From IMG/VR virus record IMGVR_UViG_3300025751_000004: a stretch of DNA of 64,000 nt; one strand, given 5' to 3'. The DNA is from an uncultured virus (IMG/VR IMGVR_UViG_3300025751_000004). Lineage: Duplodnaviria > Heunggongvirae > Uroviricota > Caudoviricetes. The notes under the pieces are model-generated. The model was given only the letters and a program-made list of their open reading frames with translations. It was not told the DNA's origin and made no database searches. Shown one piece after another: positions 39,326 to 47,138 of the stretch. Position 1 is the stretch's first letter; each line of letters starts with the position of its first letter. Made by a program: the position numbers and the translations under genes.

Positions 39326-39346
39326 CTTTGATCAGAAGGAAACAAA

Positions 39347-40111
39347 ATGGCTACTAGAAAAGTTGCTAATCCCAATATTGAAATTCACACGCTCAAGCAG
39401 GGAATGGTTACATTGCGCCTACTTGGGCAGACACCCCTGTACTTCAACAGCATGGGGTCCAAGGCTACACGTGACTTGTTATTTGGTTCACGTAAAAAGA
39501 CTGCGGCGGAGAAACTGACTATCAAACACAATCCTGAGTTGGAGTACAGAGAATCCATGTACGTTAAATCAGAGGGAGAAACCGCTCTGTATTTCCCCGC
39601 TGCGGGGGTCAAGGGTGCTATGGCTACCGCTGCATTGGAGACAGAAGGGATCAAGAAAACCTCTGTACAACGCCTGATCTTCTTGCCTGAGAGCAAGATG
39701 CAAGTCTGGGGCAAGCCTACATTGAAGATGGATATTGTACGGTCCGCTGATATGAATAGGACACCAGACGTTCGTACTCGGGCGTTCCTGCCAGAATGGT
39801 GTGCAGAGGTAACCATCAAATACGTTACACCTACACTTAGCAGAGACAACATCGTGTCGTTGTTAGCAAACGCAGGGTATATTGTCGGTATTGGAGACTA
39901 TCGCCAAGAAAAAGGGCGTGGGTCTTTCGGCACGTGGACCGTTGCAAGTTCAGAGAATATGCTGCCAGAAGAACAAGAGTTCTGGGATCATGTAACGCAG
40001 CAGGGCAGAGAAGTTCAAGAGTTAGCCATTGAACACCCCGAATGCGCTGACAGTGAAACAGCAGAGTTAATGCGTTCTCTACAAGAAGAGCGGCTTCGCA
40101 GAGCAGCTTAA
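39347..40111 (+). CDS. stand-alone RAMP / Cas7-like RNA-binding protein (candidate Vipr-type effector)
   Basis: RAMP-like order of elements: beta1 LRLLGQTPLYF, YFPAAGVKGAM, R.R....W, and Gly-rich loop AGYIVGIGDYRQEKGRGSFGTW; no cas1/2/3 or CRISPR array in the genome. Confidence 0.8.
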   Translation: MATRKVANPNIEIHTLKQGMVTLRLLGQTPLYFNSMGSKATRDLLFGSRKKTAAEKLTIKHNPELEYRESMYVKSEGETALYFPAAGVKGAMATAALETEGIKKTSVQRLIFLPESKMQVWGKPTLKMDIVRSADMNRTPDVRTRAFLPEWCAEVTIKYVTPTLSRDNIVSLLANAGYIVGIGDYRQEKGRGSFGTWTVASSENMLPEEQEFWDHVTQQGREVQELAIEHPECADSETAELMRSLQEERLRRAA

Positions 40112-40118
40112 TGGAAAC

Positions 40119-40136
40119 GGGGCGGTACGCCGCCCC
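40119..40136 (+). other. perfect GC hairpin with UACG tetraloop at the start of the array
   Basis: GGGGCGG-TACG-CCGCCCC, 7 nt after the RAMP stop, no poly-U tail. Confidence 0.8.
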
Positions 40137-40154
40137 AATCCACGGTTACGGTTA

Positions 40155-40811
40155 CACGGTTGGGGTAAGTTGTGCTATGTTAAGGTGGGGCATTGTAAGG
40201 TTAGGCGAGGCGAGGCGGTTCAGTTCGGGTTGGTTTTGGTAAGTTCCGGTGCGTTGCGGTCAGGCGGGGCTGGGCGGTCTGGGTTGGGTGCGGTAAGGCG
40301 CGGTGCGGTTCGGTGCGGCAGTGTTGGGTTGGGTAAGGCGGTTCAGGTATGGTTGGATCAGGAAAGATCCGGCGAGGCGAGGCGGTAGAGGTATGTTGCG
40401 GTTGGGTACGTCATGGTCGGGTTGGATTAGGCGGTCTAGGTCAGTTATGTTTGGACGAGGTTCGGCAAGGCGGTTTAGGTTGGGCATCGCAAGGCGCGGT
40501 CCGGCAAGGCGGTTGAGGTGCGGTGAGGTCAGGTATGTTGCGGTTGGGTACGGTTCGGTTCGGCAGGGCGGTCGGGGCACGGTCCGGTTTGGTCGGGTTC
40601 GGCGAGTTTGGGCAAGGCGGTCATGGTGAGGCGCGGTGTGGAGAGGCACGTAGCGGTCAGTTGGGTTGCGGTCAGGCGGTCGTGGTTCGTTTCGGTTTGG
40701 TCGGGTCGGATGTGGTCAGGCGGTCGCGGTTAGGTTCGATTGAGTAGGGTGAGTTTGGGCGTGGAGAGTTACGGCGGTCACGGCTAGGCTTGGTGTATTG
40801 AGGTGTGGCAA
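40155..40811 (+). ncRNA. GGY-NN pentamer array of 13 units (candidate guide-RNA array, vrRNA-like)
   Basis: GGCGGT headers at 40214, 40273, 40337, 40381, 40430, 40469, 40508, 40567, 40616, 40675, 40719, 40773 (plus CACGGT at 40155); all spacings are 9+5n. Confidence 0.85.
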
Positions 40812-40851
40812 CATAAGAGAATAAGGGATGCTTATAATTTAGGAGAACGAT

Positions 40852-41346
40852 ATGAGTAGGTTTAACAAGAAGACCAAACAAAAGATAATCGACGATTATC
40901 TAAACGACAGTGGAAGGAATAGTTTTGTCGCAGAAGAGTTTGTGACTTGGCTACAAGACAAGCCAGATCACGTTGCGTATAAGGCGTTTCATGGACAGGA
41001 CGAGCACCTGCTATGGCAGGCGAAACTACAGTTAGCACGTCAGTTCGTGTCAGGGCTACGTATCGTAGTCAAAGAAGAAATTGTGCACAGTAAATCGCGT
41101 GAGATAAAAGTCACCGAATACCCTGCGATGATTTCACCCATGCCGACACGGCGGCAGGGCGGTGGCTATGTCACCTTTGATCCTGATAGCGAAGTGTCAC
41201 AGGCTGAGTTGCGCAAGCAGGCGGGGGTTTCACTCGCTGCATGGCTTAATAGGTTCAGAGGTTGCGCAGAAAACATTGGCGTCGATCTGACACCAATAGA
41301 AGACATTGTTCGCACGTTGCGTGATGATGAAGAGATAGCCGCTTAG
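40852..41346 (+). CDS. hypothetical protein, candidate accessory of the RAMP/array system
   Basis: 164 aa directly after the array, AGGAG RBS; PDH..Y..F...D......L..ARQF...LRIV motif. Confidence 0.75.
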   Translation: MSRFNKKTKQKIIDDYLNDSGRNSFVAEEFVTWLQDKPDHVAYKAFHGQDEHLLWQAKLQLARQFVSGLRIVVKEEIVHSKSREIKVTEYPAMISPMPTRRQGGGYVTFDPDSEVSQAELRKQAGVSLAAWLNRFRGCAENIGVDLTPIEDIVRTLRDDEEIAA

Positions 41347-41369
41347 TTTTTTTGTAGTTTTGCACTAGG

Positions 41370-41545
41370 TGGCAGGGGACAAGCCGTGAGAGTCCCCTGA
41401 CATGAAATATCCACGGCAGTAAGAGGTGTATCTCCTTTCTTTGGCTCCTTATTCACGATTAAGGAGTTCCTGTTATACACTGATCTTACACTGGTTCGCA
41501 GGGTGGCCTTTCCTCCGTTTTGGTCACTCTGCGATACCAGTTCCC
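41370..41545 (+). ncRNA. candidate structured small RNA (pseudoknot plus two stem-loops with anti-SD loops)
   Basis: Several long complementary stems with G-U pairs consistent with the plus strand. Confidence 0.55.
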
Positions 41546-41593
41546 AAAAACCCAATCGGGCATATGCCCGAATACAAATTATAGGAGAGCAAC

Positions 41594-42082
41594 ATGGCTC
41601 GTAAGAAGAATAAAGAAGAGAAGATCTGGGCGTACAAATTGAAGCACCCAGAAGCGTCAAACCGTGAGATAGCGACTGCTACCAAAGCGTCCTATGCCTA
41701 CGTTTGGAAGCTAATGAGTAAGATCGGCACACCGAAGGAAGTGTTAGAAAAGGACGTTGTTTCACGTGAAACAATACCCGAAGAACCCCCTGCTCTACCA
41801 CCGTTATGTACACGTGCTAACATATTAGAGGATGCGCTTAGTAAGATCGACGGTGATCGCCACGAAGAGTACGGCGATGCGGCGGAAAACTTTGATCGCA
41901 TTGCAGGGTATTGGAACGCCCACCTTGGCCTTAACGCGTTTATCACATCGCGTGATGTAGCGGCTATGATGGTCCTTCTAAAAATATCTCGCCTACACGG
42001 TGACGGTCCTAAAGATGTGGACACCTATGTTGACATTTGCGGGTATGCTGCGATTGGCGGTGAGATTGCGGGTAGCGATTAA
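41594..42082 (+). CDS. HTH plus DUF6378-like domain protein
   Basis: DRHEEYGDAAENFDRIA..W...DVAAMMVLLKISR....DTYVDICGYAA. Confidence 0.75.
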   Translation: MARKKNKEEKIWAYKLKHPEASNREIATATKASYAYVWKLMSKIGTPKEVLEKDVVSRETIPEEPPALPPLCTRANILEDALSKIDGDRHEEYGDAAENFDRIAGYWNAHLGLNAFITSRDVAAMMVLLKISRLHGDGPKDVDTYVDICGYAAIGGEIAGSD

Positions 42083-43909
42083 ATGGACCTGATCACACTC
42101 GACTTTGAAACATTTTATGACAGGGATTATTCCCTGTCTAAACTTACCACGGAAAACTATGTGCGACACCGAGACTTTGAGGTAATTGGTGTTGCGATAA
42201 AAGAAGGTGCTGATGACACGCACTGGGTTTCCGGTAGCCATGACGCAATAGCCGAGTACCTGACACGTTATGACTGGGACAACACTATGCTGCTGGCCCA
42301 CAACACTATGTTTGATGGTGCGATACTTCATTGGATCTTCGGCATAAAACCAAGAGCATACGCTGACACGTTATGTATGGCACGGGCGTTGCACGGTGTG
42401 GAGAGCAGCGTGTCACTCGCTAATCTGGCAAAAACTTATGGGCTACAAGACAAGGGTGACGAGGTAGTTCGCGCACTTGGTAAACGCAGGGCTGACTTTA
42501 CAAAAGAAGAGTTAAGTCGTTATGGGGATTACTGCGTTACAGATGTAGATATAACTTTTGAGTTGTTCTCACGTATGATGCGTAAGTTCCCACGCCAAGA
42601 GTTGAAGTTAATTGATTTAACTTTGCGTATGTTTATTGAACCTGTTGTGGATTTGGATGCGGGTCTTCTTGAGTTGCACCTTGCAGAAATCAAAGAACGA
42701 AAAGACAAGCTGTTGGCAGACGCTCAGATTGAAAAAGAAGAGTTGATGTCCAACCCTAAGTTCGCCGTTGTGCTTGAGGGGTTAGGTGTAAAACCACCGA
42801 CGAAGATTAGTTTGACCACAGGCAAGAAAACATTTGCCTTTGCCAAGTCTGACGAAGGGTTCAAAGCGTTACAAGAACATCCAGATGACCGAGTGCAATC
42901 CCTTGTAGCTGCTAGGTTAGGCACAAAGTCTACGCTTGAAGAGACACGCACACAGCGTTTCATAGACATCAGCCGTCGTGGACTACTGCCCGTACCTGTA
43001 AGGTATTATGCAGCGCATACTGGTCGGTGGGGTGGTGATGACAAGATCAACCTGCAAAACCTGCCAAGCCGTGGACCAAATGGCAAAAGACTAAAGCAGA
43101 GTATCGTTGCGCCACAGGGACACACTCTTATTGATGCAGATAGCGCACAGATTGAAGCACGTGTGCTTGCGTGGTTAGCAGAACAAGATGATCTGGTGGA
43201 TCAGTTCGAGAAAGGCGAGGACGTTTATAAACATATGGCGTCCAAAATATATAATGTGCCACCCGATGCGGTTAGCAAAGACCAGAGGTTCGTCGGTAAG
43301 ACTACAATCCTTGGCGCAGGGTATGGTATGGGGGCAGTTAAGTTCCAAGCGCAGTTATCTAACTTCGGTTTCGACATGGAGTTGGACGAGGCACGTAACG
43401 TAATAGACATATACCGATCTACAAATGGCGCGATAAGTTCACTGTGGCGCAACGCACAGACGATGTTGGAGAATCTGTGTAACGGGTCAGCTACACAACT
43501 AGGACGCAAAGGTGTGCTGGATGTGTCTGTGGATAAAACCGCGATCATACTGCCCTCTGGGTTACCGATGTACTACCATGATCTATTCGCGCAGTTGGAA
43601 GAGGGGCGTCCCCAATACTACTACAAAACACGCCGTGGACCGAACAAAATATACGGTGGGAAAGTCGTGGAGAATGTGTGTCAGGCTGTTGCACGTTGTA
43701 TCATAGCGTTTCAAATGCTACTTATTGCCAAGAGATACAAAGTTGTGCTAACAGTACATGACAGCATTGTTAGCTGTGTAAAAGACGAAGAGGTACCAGA
43801 AGCACAAGCCTACATAGAAAAGTGTATGCGGATGGTGCCTGATTGGGCAGACGGTCTGCCCATTAATTGCGAGAGCGGAACAGGCAAATCATATGGCGAT
43901 TGCGAATAA
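42083..43909 (+). CDS. polA: DNA polymerase family A with 3'-5' exonuclease
   Basis: Exo LDFET, AHNTMFD, YCVTD; polymerase motifs DSAQIEARVLA, RFVGKTTILGAGYG, TVHDS. Confidence 0.95.
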   Translation: MDLITLDFETFYDRDYSLSKLTTENYVRHRDFEVIGVAIKEGADDTHWVSGSHDAIAEYLTRYDWDNTMLLAHNTMFDGAILHWIFGIKPRAYADTLCMARALHGVESSVSLANLAKTYGLQDKGDEVVRALGKRRADFTKEELSRYGDYCVTDVDITFELFSRMMRKFPRQELKLIDLTLRMFIEPVVDLDAGLLELHLAEIKERKDKLLADAQIEKEELMSNPKFAVVLEGLGVKPPTKISLTTGKKTFAFAKSDEGFKALQEHPDDRVQSLVAARLGTKSTLEETRTQRFIDISRRGLLPVPVRYYAAHTGRWGGDDKINLQNLPSRGPNGKRLKQSIVAPQGHTLIDADSAQIEARVLAWLAEQDDLVDQFEKGEDVYKHMASKIYNVPPDAVSKDQRFVGKTTILGAGYGMGAVKFQAQLSNFGFDMELDEARNVIDIYRSTNGAISSLWRNAQTMLENLCNGSATQLGRKGVLDVSVDKTAIILPSGLPMYYHDLFAQLEEGRPQYYYKTRRGPNKIYGGKVVENVCQAVARCIIAFQMLLIAKRYKVVLTVHDSIVSCVKDEEVPEAQAYIEKCMRMVPDWADGLPINCESGTGKSYGDCE

Positions 43910-44579
43910 CATTGCACCTTGGTCATTCAGTAAGATTAAATCTTTCGAGCAGTGTCCCAAACAGTTTTACCATGAGAAGATAGCAAAAGACTATCCATTC
44001 ATACCTACGGCGGCTACCAAATACGGTAACGCGTTTCACAAGGCGGCAGAAGACTACATAAAAACTGGAGAGCCTCTGCCAATGGAGTTTGAGTTTGCCC
44101 AAAATTTTTTAGACAGACTAGCAGATAAACGAGGCGTAAAGTTTTGTGAACGCAAGATGGGCGTCACTGAAGATCTGAAAGCCTGTGGGTTCTACGACAA
44201 AGAAGCGTGGTTCCGTGGCATAGCTGATCTGCTTATAATTGATGTGATAGGCGAAGTCGCGTGGGTTATTGACTACAAAACATCTAACTCGTCACGGTAC
44301 GCGGACAAGGGACAGCTAGAGTTGATGGCCCTATCCGTATTTGCACACTTCCCAGAAATAAAAACAGTACGCGCAGGGTTGGTTTTTGTGCTAGTAAATG
44401 ACTTAGTGAAACACACCTACGAGGTGCATGATAAAGCAGACTTGTGGGAGAAGTGGATTAAGAAGTTCAACGCTATGAAAGCCGCAGCAGAAGCAGACAC
44501 GTGGAACGCCCGTCCTAACGGGTTATGTAAAAGGCACTGTCCTGTGGCGGAGTGCATACACAACGGAGCGAACTCGTAA
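43893..44579 (+). CDS. PD-(D/E)XK Cas4/RecB-like exonuclease
   Basis: WSFS...EQCP, G.AFH, RGIADL, IDYKT, QLELMA, C-terminal CxxxCxxxxC Fe-S staple. Confidence 0.85.
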   Translation: MAIANNIAPWSFSKIKSFEQCPKQFYHEKIAKDYPFIPTAATKYGNAFHKAAEDYIKTGEPLPMEFEFAQNFLDRLADKRGVKFCERKMGVTEDLKACGFYDKEAWFRGIADLLIIDVIGEVAWVIDYKTSNSSRYADKGQLELMALSVFAHFPEIKTVRAGLVFVLVNDLVKHTYEVHDKADLWEKWIKKFNAMKAAAEADTWNARPNGLCKRHCPVAECIHNGANS

Positions 44580-44848
44580 TGCCGTACAAAAACCCTAAAG
44601 ACCGCAAGAAGCAGACTAATAAACCTGTTGGCAGTAAGCCGTTTGAGGCGCGTATGGAGCGCCAACGTGCGCGGCGTAAGATGGACCGCGAGGGGGTAGA
44701 TAGAAATAACAACGGCAAAGCTGACAAGCGTGAGGGCAAAGACATCAGCCACAAAAAAGCCTTGAGTAAAGGTGGTTCTAACAAAGACGGTGTGACAGTA
44801 GAAAACCGCAGTAAGAACCGTGCAAGGAACTATAAAAAGAAAAAGTAG
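44579..44848 (+). CDS. HNH-like endonuclease
   Basis: GKDISHKKALSKGGSN...NRARN. Confidence 0.75.
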   Translation: MPYKNPKDRKKQTNKPVGSKPFEARMERQRARRKMDREGVDRNNNGKADKREGKDISHKKALSKGGSNKDGVTVENRSKNRARNYKKKK

Positions 44849-44856
44849 GAGAACAA

Positions 44857-46392
44857 ATGAAGATTTTAGATGGTAAGGCGCTGCTACTCAAGCTGCGCAA
44901 TCCAAACCGTGTCACCTCTATTATTCCAAAAAGCAAACAAATAGATAACAACGAAGTGCTTGTGAAATGGGATATTGATGCGGCTCACAAGCTGCGTAAC
45001 CTTAACATCCAAGCTCCGTCACCTATCGACACCCAGTATAATTGGTCAGGGCAACACACTCCGTTTGCCCATCAGAAGAAAACGTCTTCGTTCTTTACCA
45101 TGAATAAGAAAGGCTTCTGCTTCAACGAGCAAGGCACGGGTAAAACAGCAAGTGCGATCTGGGCCGCTGATTTCCTTATAAAGCAAGGCAAGATAAACAG
45201 AGTGCTTGTGATATGCCCACTGTCGATTATGGATAGTGCGTGGAGAGCAGACTTACACACGTTTGCCCCGCACCGTACTGTGGATGTTGCGTATGGTAGC
45301 GCCAAGAAACGTGCAGCCATCGTCAACCAAGGGGCAGAGTTTGTCATAATAAATTATGACGGTGTGGAGATAGTGGTAGAGGAGGTACTCAAAGGTGGCT
45401 TCGATCTGGTTATTGTGGACGAGGCTACCCACTACAAGAATGCACGGACTAAGCGTTGGAAGACACTTCGCAAGATAGTAGGCGACGACACTTGGCTGTG
45501 GATGATGACGGGTACTCCCGCCGCACAATCCCCTCTTGATGCGTATGGCATTGCGAAGCTGATTAATCCAGATGCAGTTCCGAGGTTCTACAGTTCGTTC
45601 CGCGATACGGTTATGCAGCAGATTACACAGTTTCGTTGGGTGCCCAAAGAGAACGCTAATGAGATTGTATTTAACGCGTTACAGCCAGCCATACGGTTTA
45701 CCAAGAAGGAATGTCTCGATTTGCCAGACATGACATACGTCAAACGTAAGGTTGAGTTGACCAAACAACAAACAAAATACTATGAAATACTCCGTAAGAA
45801 GCTGGTGATGAAGGTAGGTAGCGACGAGGTGTCTGCCATAAACGCTGCCGCAACCATGAACAAGTTACTTCAGATCAGTGCAGGCGCAGTATACACCGAT
45901 GACGGTGACGCGTTAGAGTTTGACATAAAGAACCGCTACCAAGTGCTGAAAGAAGTTATAGACGAGAGTAGCCAAAAGGTCTTGGTATTCGTGCCATTCA
46001 AGCACACTATCGACGTGCTAGTATCCAAGCTACGGTCTGACAACTTAACAGCAGAAGTGATTCGCGGCGACGTGCCAGCACACGCCAGAACCGACATATT
46101 TAAAAGGTTTCAAACTGATACTGACCCCAAGATATTGGTGATACAGCCTCAATCAGCAGCACATGGTGTGACTTTAACTGCGGCGAATACTGTGGTATGG
46201 TGGGGTCCGACTTCTTCACTGGAAACGTACTCGCAAGCGAATGCTAGGGTTCATAGATCAGGACAGAAGCATCCGTGTACAGTCGTACAATTGCAGGGGT
46301 CGGGTGTAGAGAAGCGCGTGTACTCTTTGCTTGATAAACGCATAGATGTGCACACAAAAATGATCGACTTGTACAAAGAACTGCTTGACTAA
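44857..46392 (+). CDS. SNF2/DEAD-like superfamily 2 helicase
   Basis: EQGTGKT, IVDEAT, MTGTP, HGVTL, QANARVHRSGQ. Confidence 0.9.
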   Translation: MKILDGKALLLKLRNPNRVTSIIPKSKQIDNNEVLVKWDIDAAHKLRNLNIQAPSPIDTQYNWSGQHTPFAHQKKTSSFFTMNKKGFCFNEQGTGKTASAIWAADFLIKQGKINRVLVICPLSIMDSAWRADLHTFAPHRTVDVAYGSAKKRAAIVNQGAEFVIINYDGVEIVVEEVLKGGFDLVIVDEATHYKNARTKRWKTLRKIVGDDTWLWMMTGTPAAQSPLDAYGIAKLINPDAVPRFYSSFRDTVMQQITQFRWVPKENANEIVFNALQPAIRFTKKECLDLPDMTYVKRKVELTKQQTKYYEILRKKLVMKVGSDEVSAINAAATMNKLLQISAGAVYTDDGDALEFDIKNRYQVLKEVIDESSQKVLVFVPFKHTIDVLVSKLRSDNLTAEVIRGDVPAHARTDIFKRFQTDTDPKILVIQPQSAAHGVTLTAANTVVWWGPTSSLETYSQANARVHRSGQKHPCTVVQLQGSGVEKRVYSLLDKRIDVHTKMIDLYKELLD

Positions 46393-46413
46393 GGCAGTAT
46401 ATATAACTAAATA
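46385..46413 (+). promoter_or_regulatory. candidate promoter for the SSB/primase genes
   Basis: TTGACT-17 nt-TAAATA upstream of an AGGAGG RBS. Confidence 0.4.
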
Positions 46414-46438
46414 ATACTTTGTACTAGGAGGAGATAAA

Positions 46439-46840
46439 ATGAGCGACTATTCAGACGCCCCTGCCGATAAGATGACGAAAGCGTATTTAGCCATACGCAA
46501 CAAACGTGCACAATTAAAGGCAGAGTACACTAAACAGGATGACGAGTTAGCTAGGCAGCTTGACATCTTGAAACGAGCGCTTCTTAGCTATTGTGAACGT
46601 AACAAAGTTGAGAGCGTTAGAACCGACGAAGGGTTATTCTTTCGTTCTCAACGCACCAAATATTGGACTAGCGATTGGGAAGCCATGCACAAGTTTGTCA
46701 TAGAACATAAAGTGCCAGAGTTGTTCGATAAGCGTATAAACCAGACGAATATAAAACAATTCTTGGAAGAAAATCCTGAGTTAAAACCCGAGGGTCTAAA
46801 TATAGACACCGAGTATGTTATATCAGTAAGGAAAAAATAA
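46439..46840 (+). CDS. conserved phage replication-module protein
   Basis: 133 aa; SVRTDEG...DWEAMHKFV...KRINQ. Confidence 0.7.
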   Translation: MSDYSDAPADKMTKAYLAIRNKRAQLKAEYTKQDDELARQLDILKRALLSYCERNKVESVRTDEGLFFRSQRTKYWTSDWEAMHKFVIEHKVPELFDKRINQTNIKQFLEENPELKPEGLNIDTEYVISVRKK

Positions 46841-47127
46841 TGGCTTCACCCTTCGTAGCTATAGAAGATCTGGCTAAACACTTAGCCGTATCAGTATCTA
46901 CCGTTCGCGGCTGGATACGTCAGGGCCACATCCCTGACAACACTTTTCTAAAAATCAACAACGTCTATCGTTTTGATAAGGACGCCGTGTCTAACGCATT
47001 ACTAAGCAAGACTGGCCCCATAAGGTCTGTGGTCGATGGTGATTTCACAGACGCTCACCCCGTGCGGTATACATCGCACGATAACACCCAGTACGAGATG
47101 GATCTAAGTCTCGACGAAGATATATAG
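46840..47127 (+). CDS. excisionase/MerR-like HTH DNA-binding protein
   Basis: IEDLAKHLAVSVSTVRGWIRQGHIP...YRF. Confidence 0.75.
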   Translation: MASPFVAIEDLAKHLAVSVSTVRGWIRQGHIPDNTFLKINNVYRFDKDAVSNALLSKTGPIRSVVDGDFTDAHPVRYTSHDNTQYEMDLSLDEDI

Positions 47128-47138
47128 GAGAACGACAA

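Larger units (their letters stand above)
31765..41571. repeat. dispersed 16-bp palindrome TCGGGCA-NN-TGCCCGA, 9 copies
   Basis: Copies start at 31765, 32557, 32684, 33096, 33342, 34264, 36099, 37733, 41556. Confidence 0.9.

Noticed and set aside
40155..40811. Array as a CRISPR array, simple microsatellite or G-quadruplex tract
   Set aside because: No 25-40-nt repeat/spacer alternation. NN positions are highly diverse rather than homogenised, and exact 9+5n phasing is not required for G4 formation, although two-tier G4 folding cannot be excluded
40170..40881. Overlapping ORFs across the G/T-rich array (40170, 40260, 40303, 40523, 40672)
   Set aside because: Low-complexity Arg/Gly or Pro/Thr translations in several frames with no RBS; 5-nt periodicity is incompatible with codon structure
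43893..44579. Cas4-like nuclease as part of a CRISPR adaptation module
   Set aside because: Sits in the standard polA-exonuclease-HNH-helicase replication block; no cas1/cas2
46840..47127. Excisionase implying an integration module
   Set aside because: No tyrosine or serine recombinase recognised; the HTH is more likely a replication or transcription regulator
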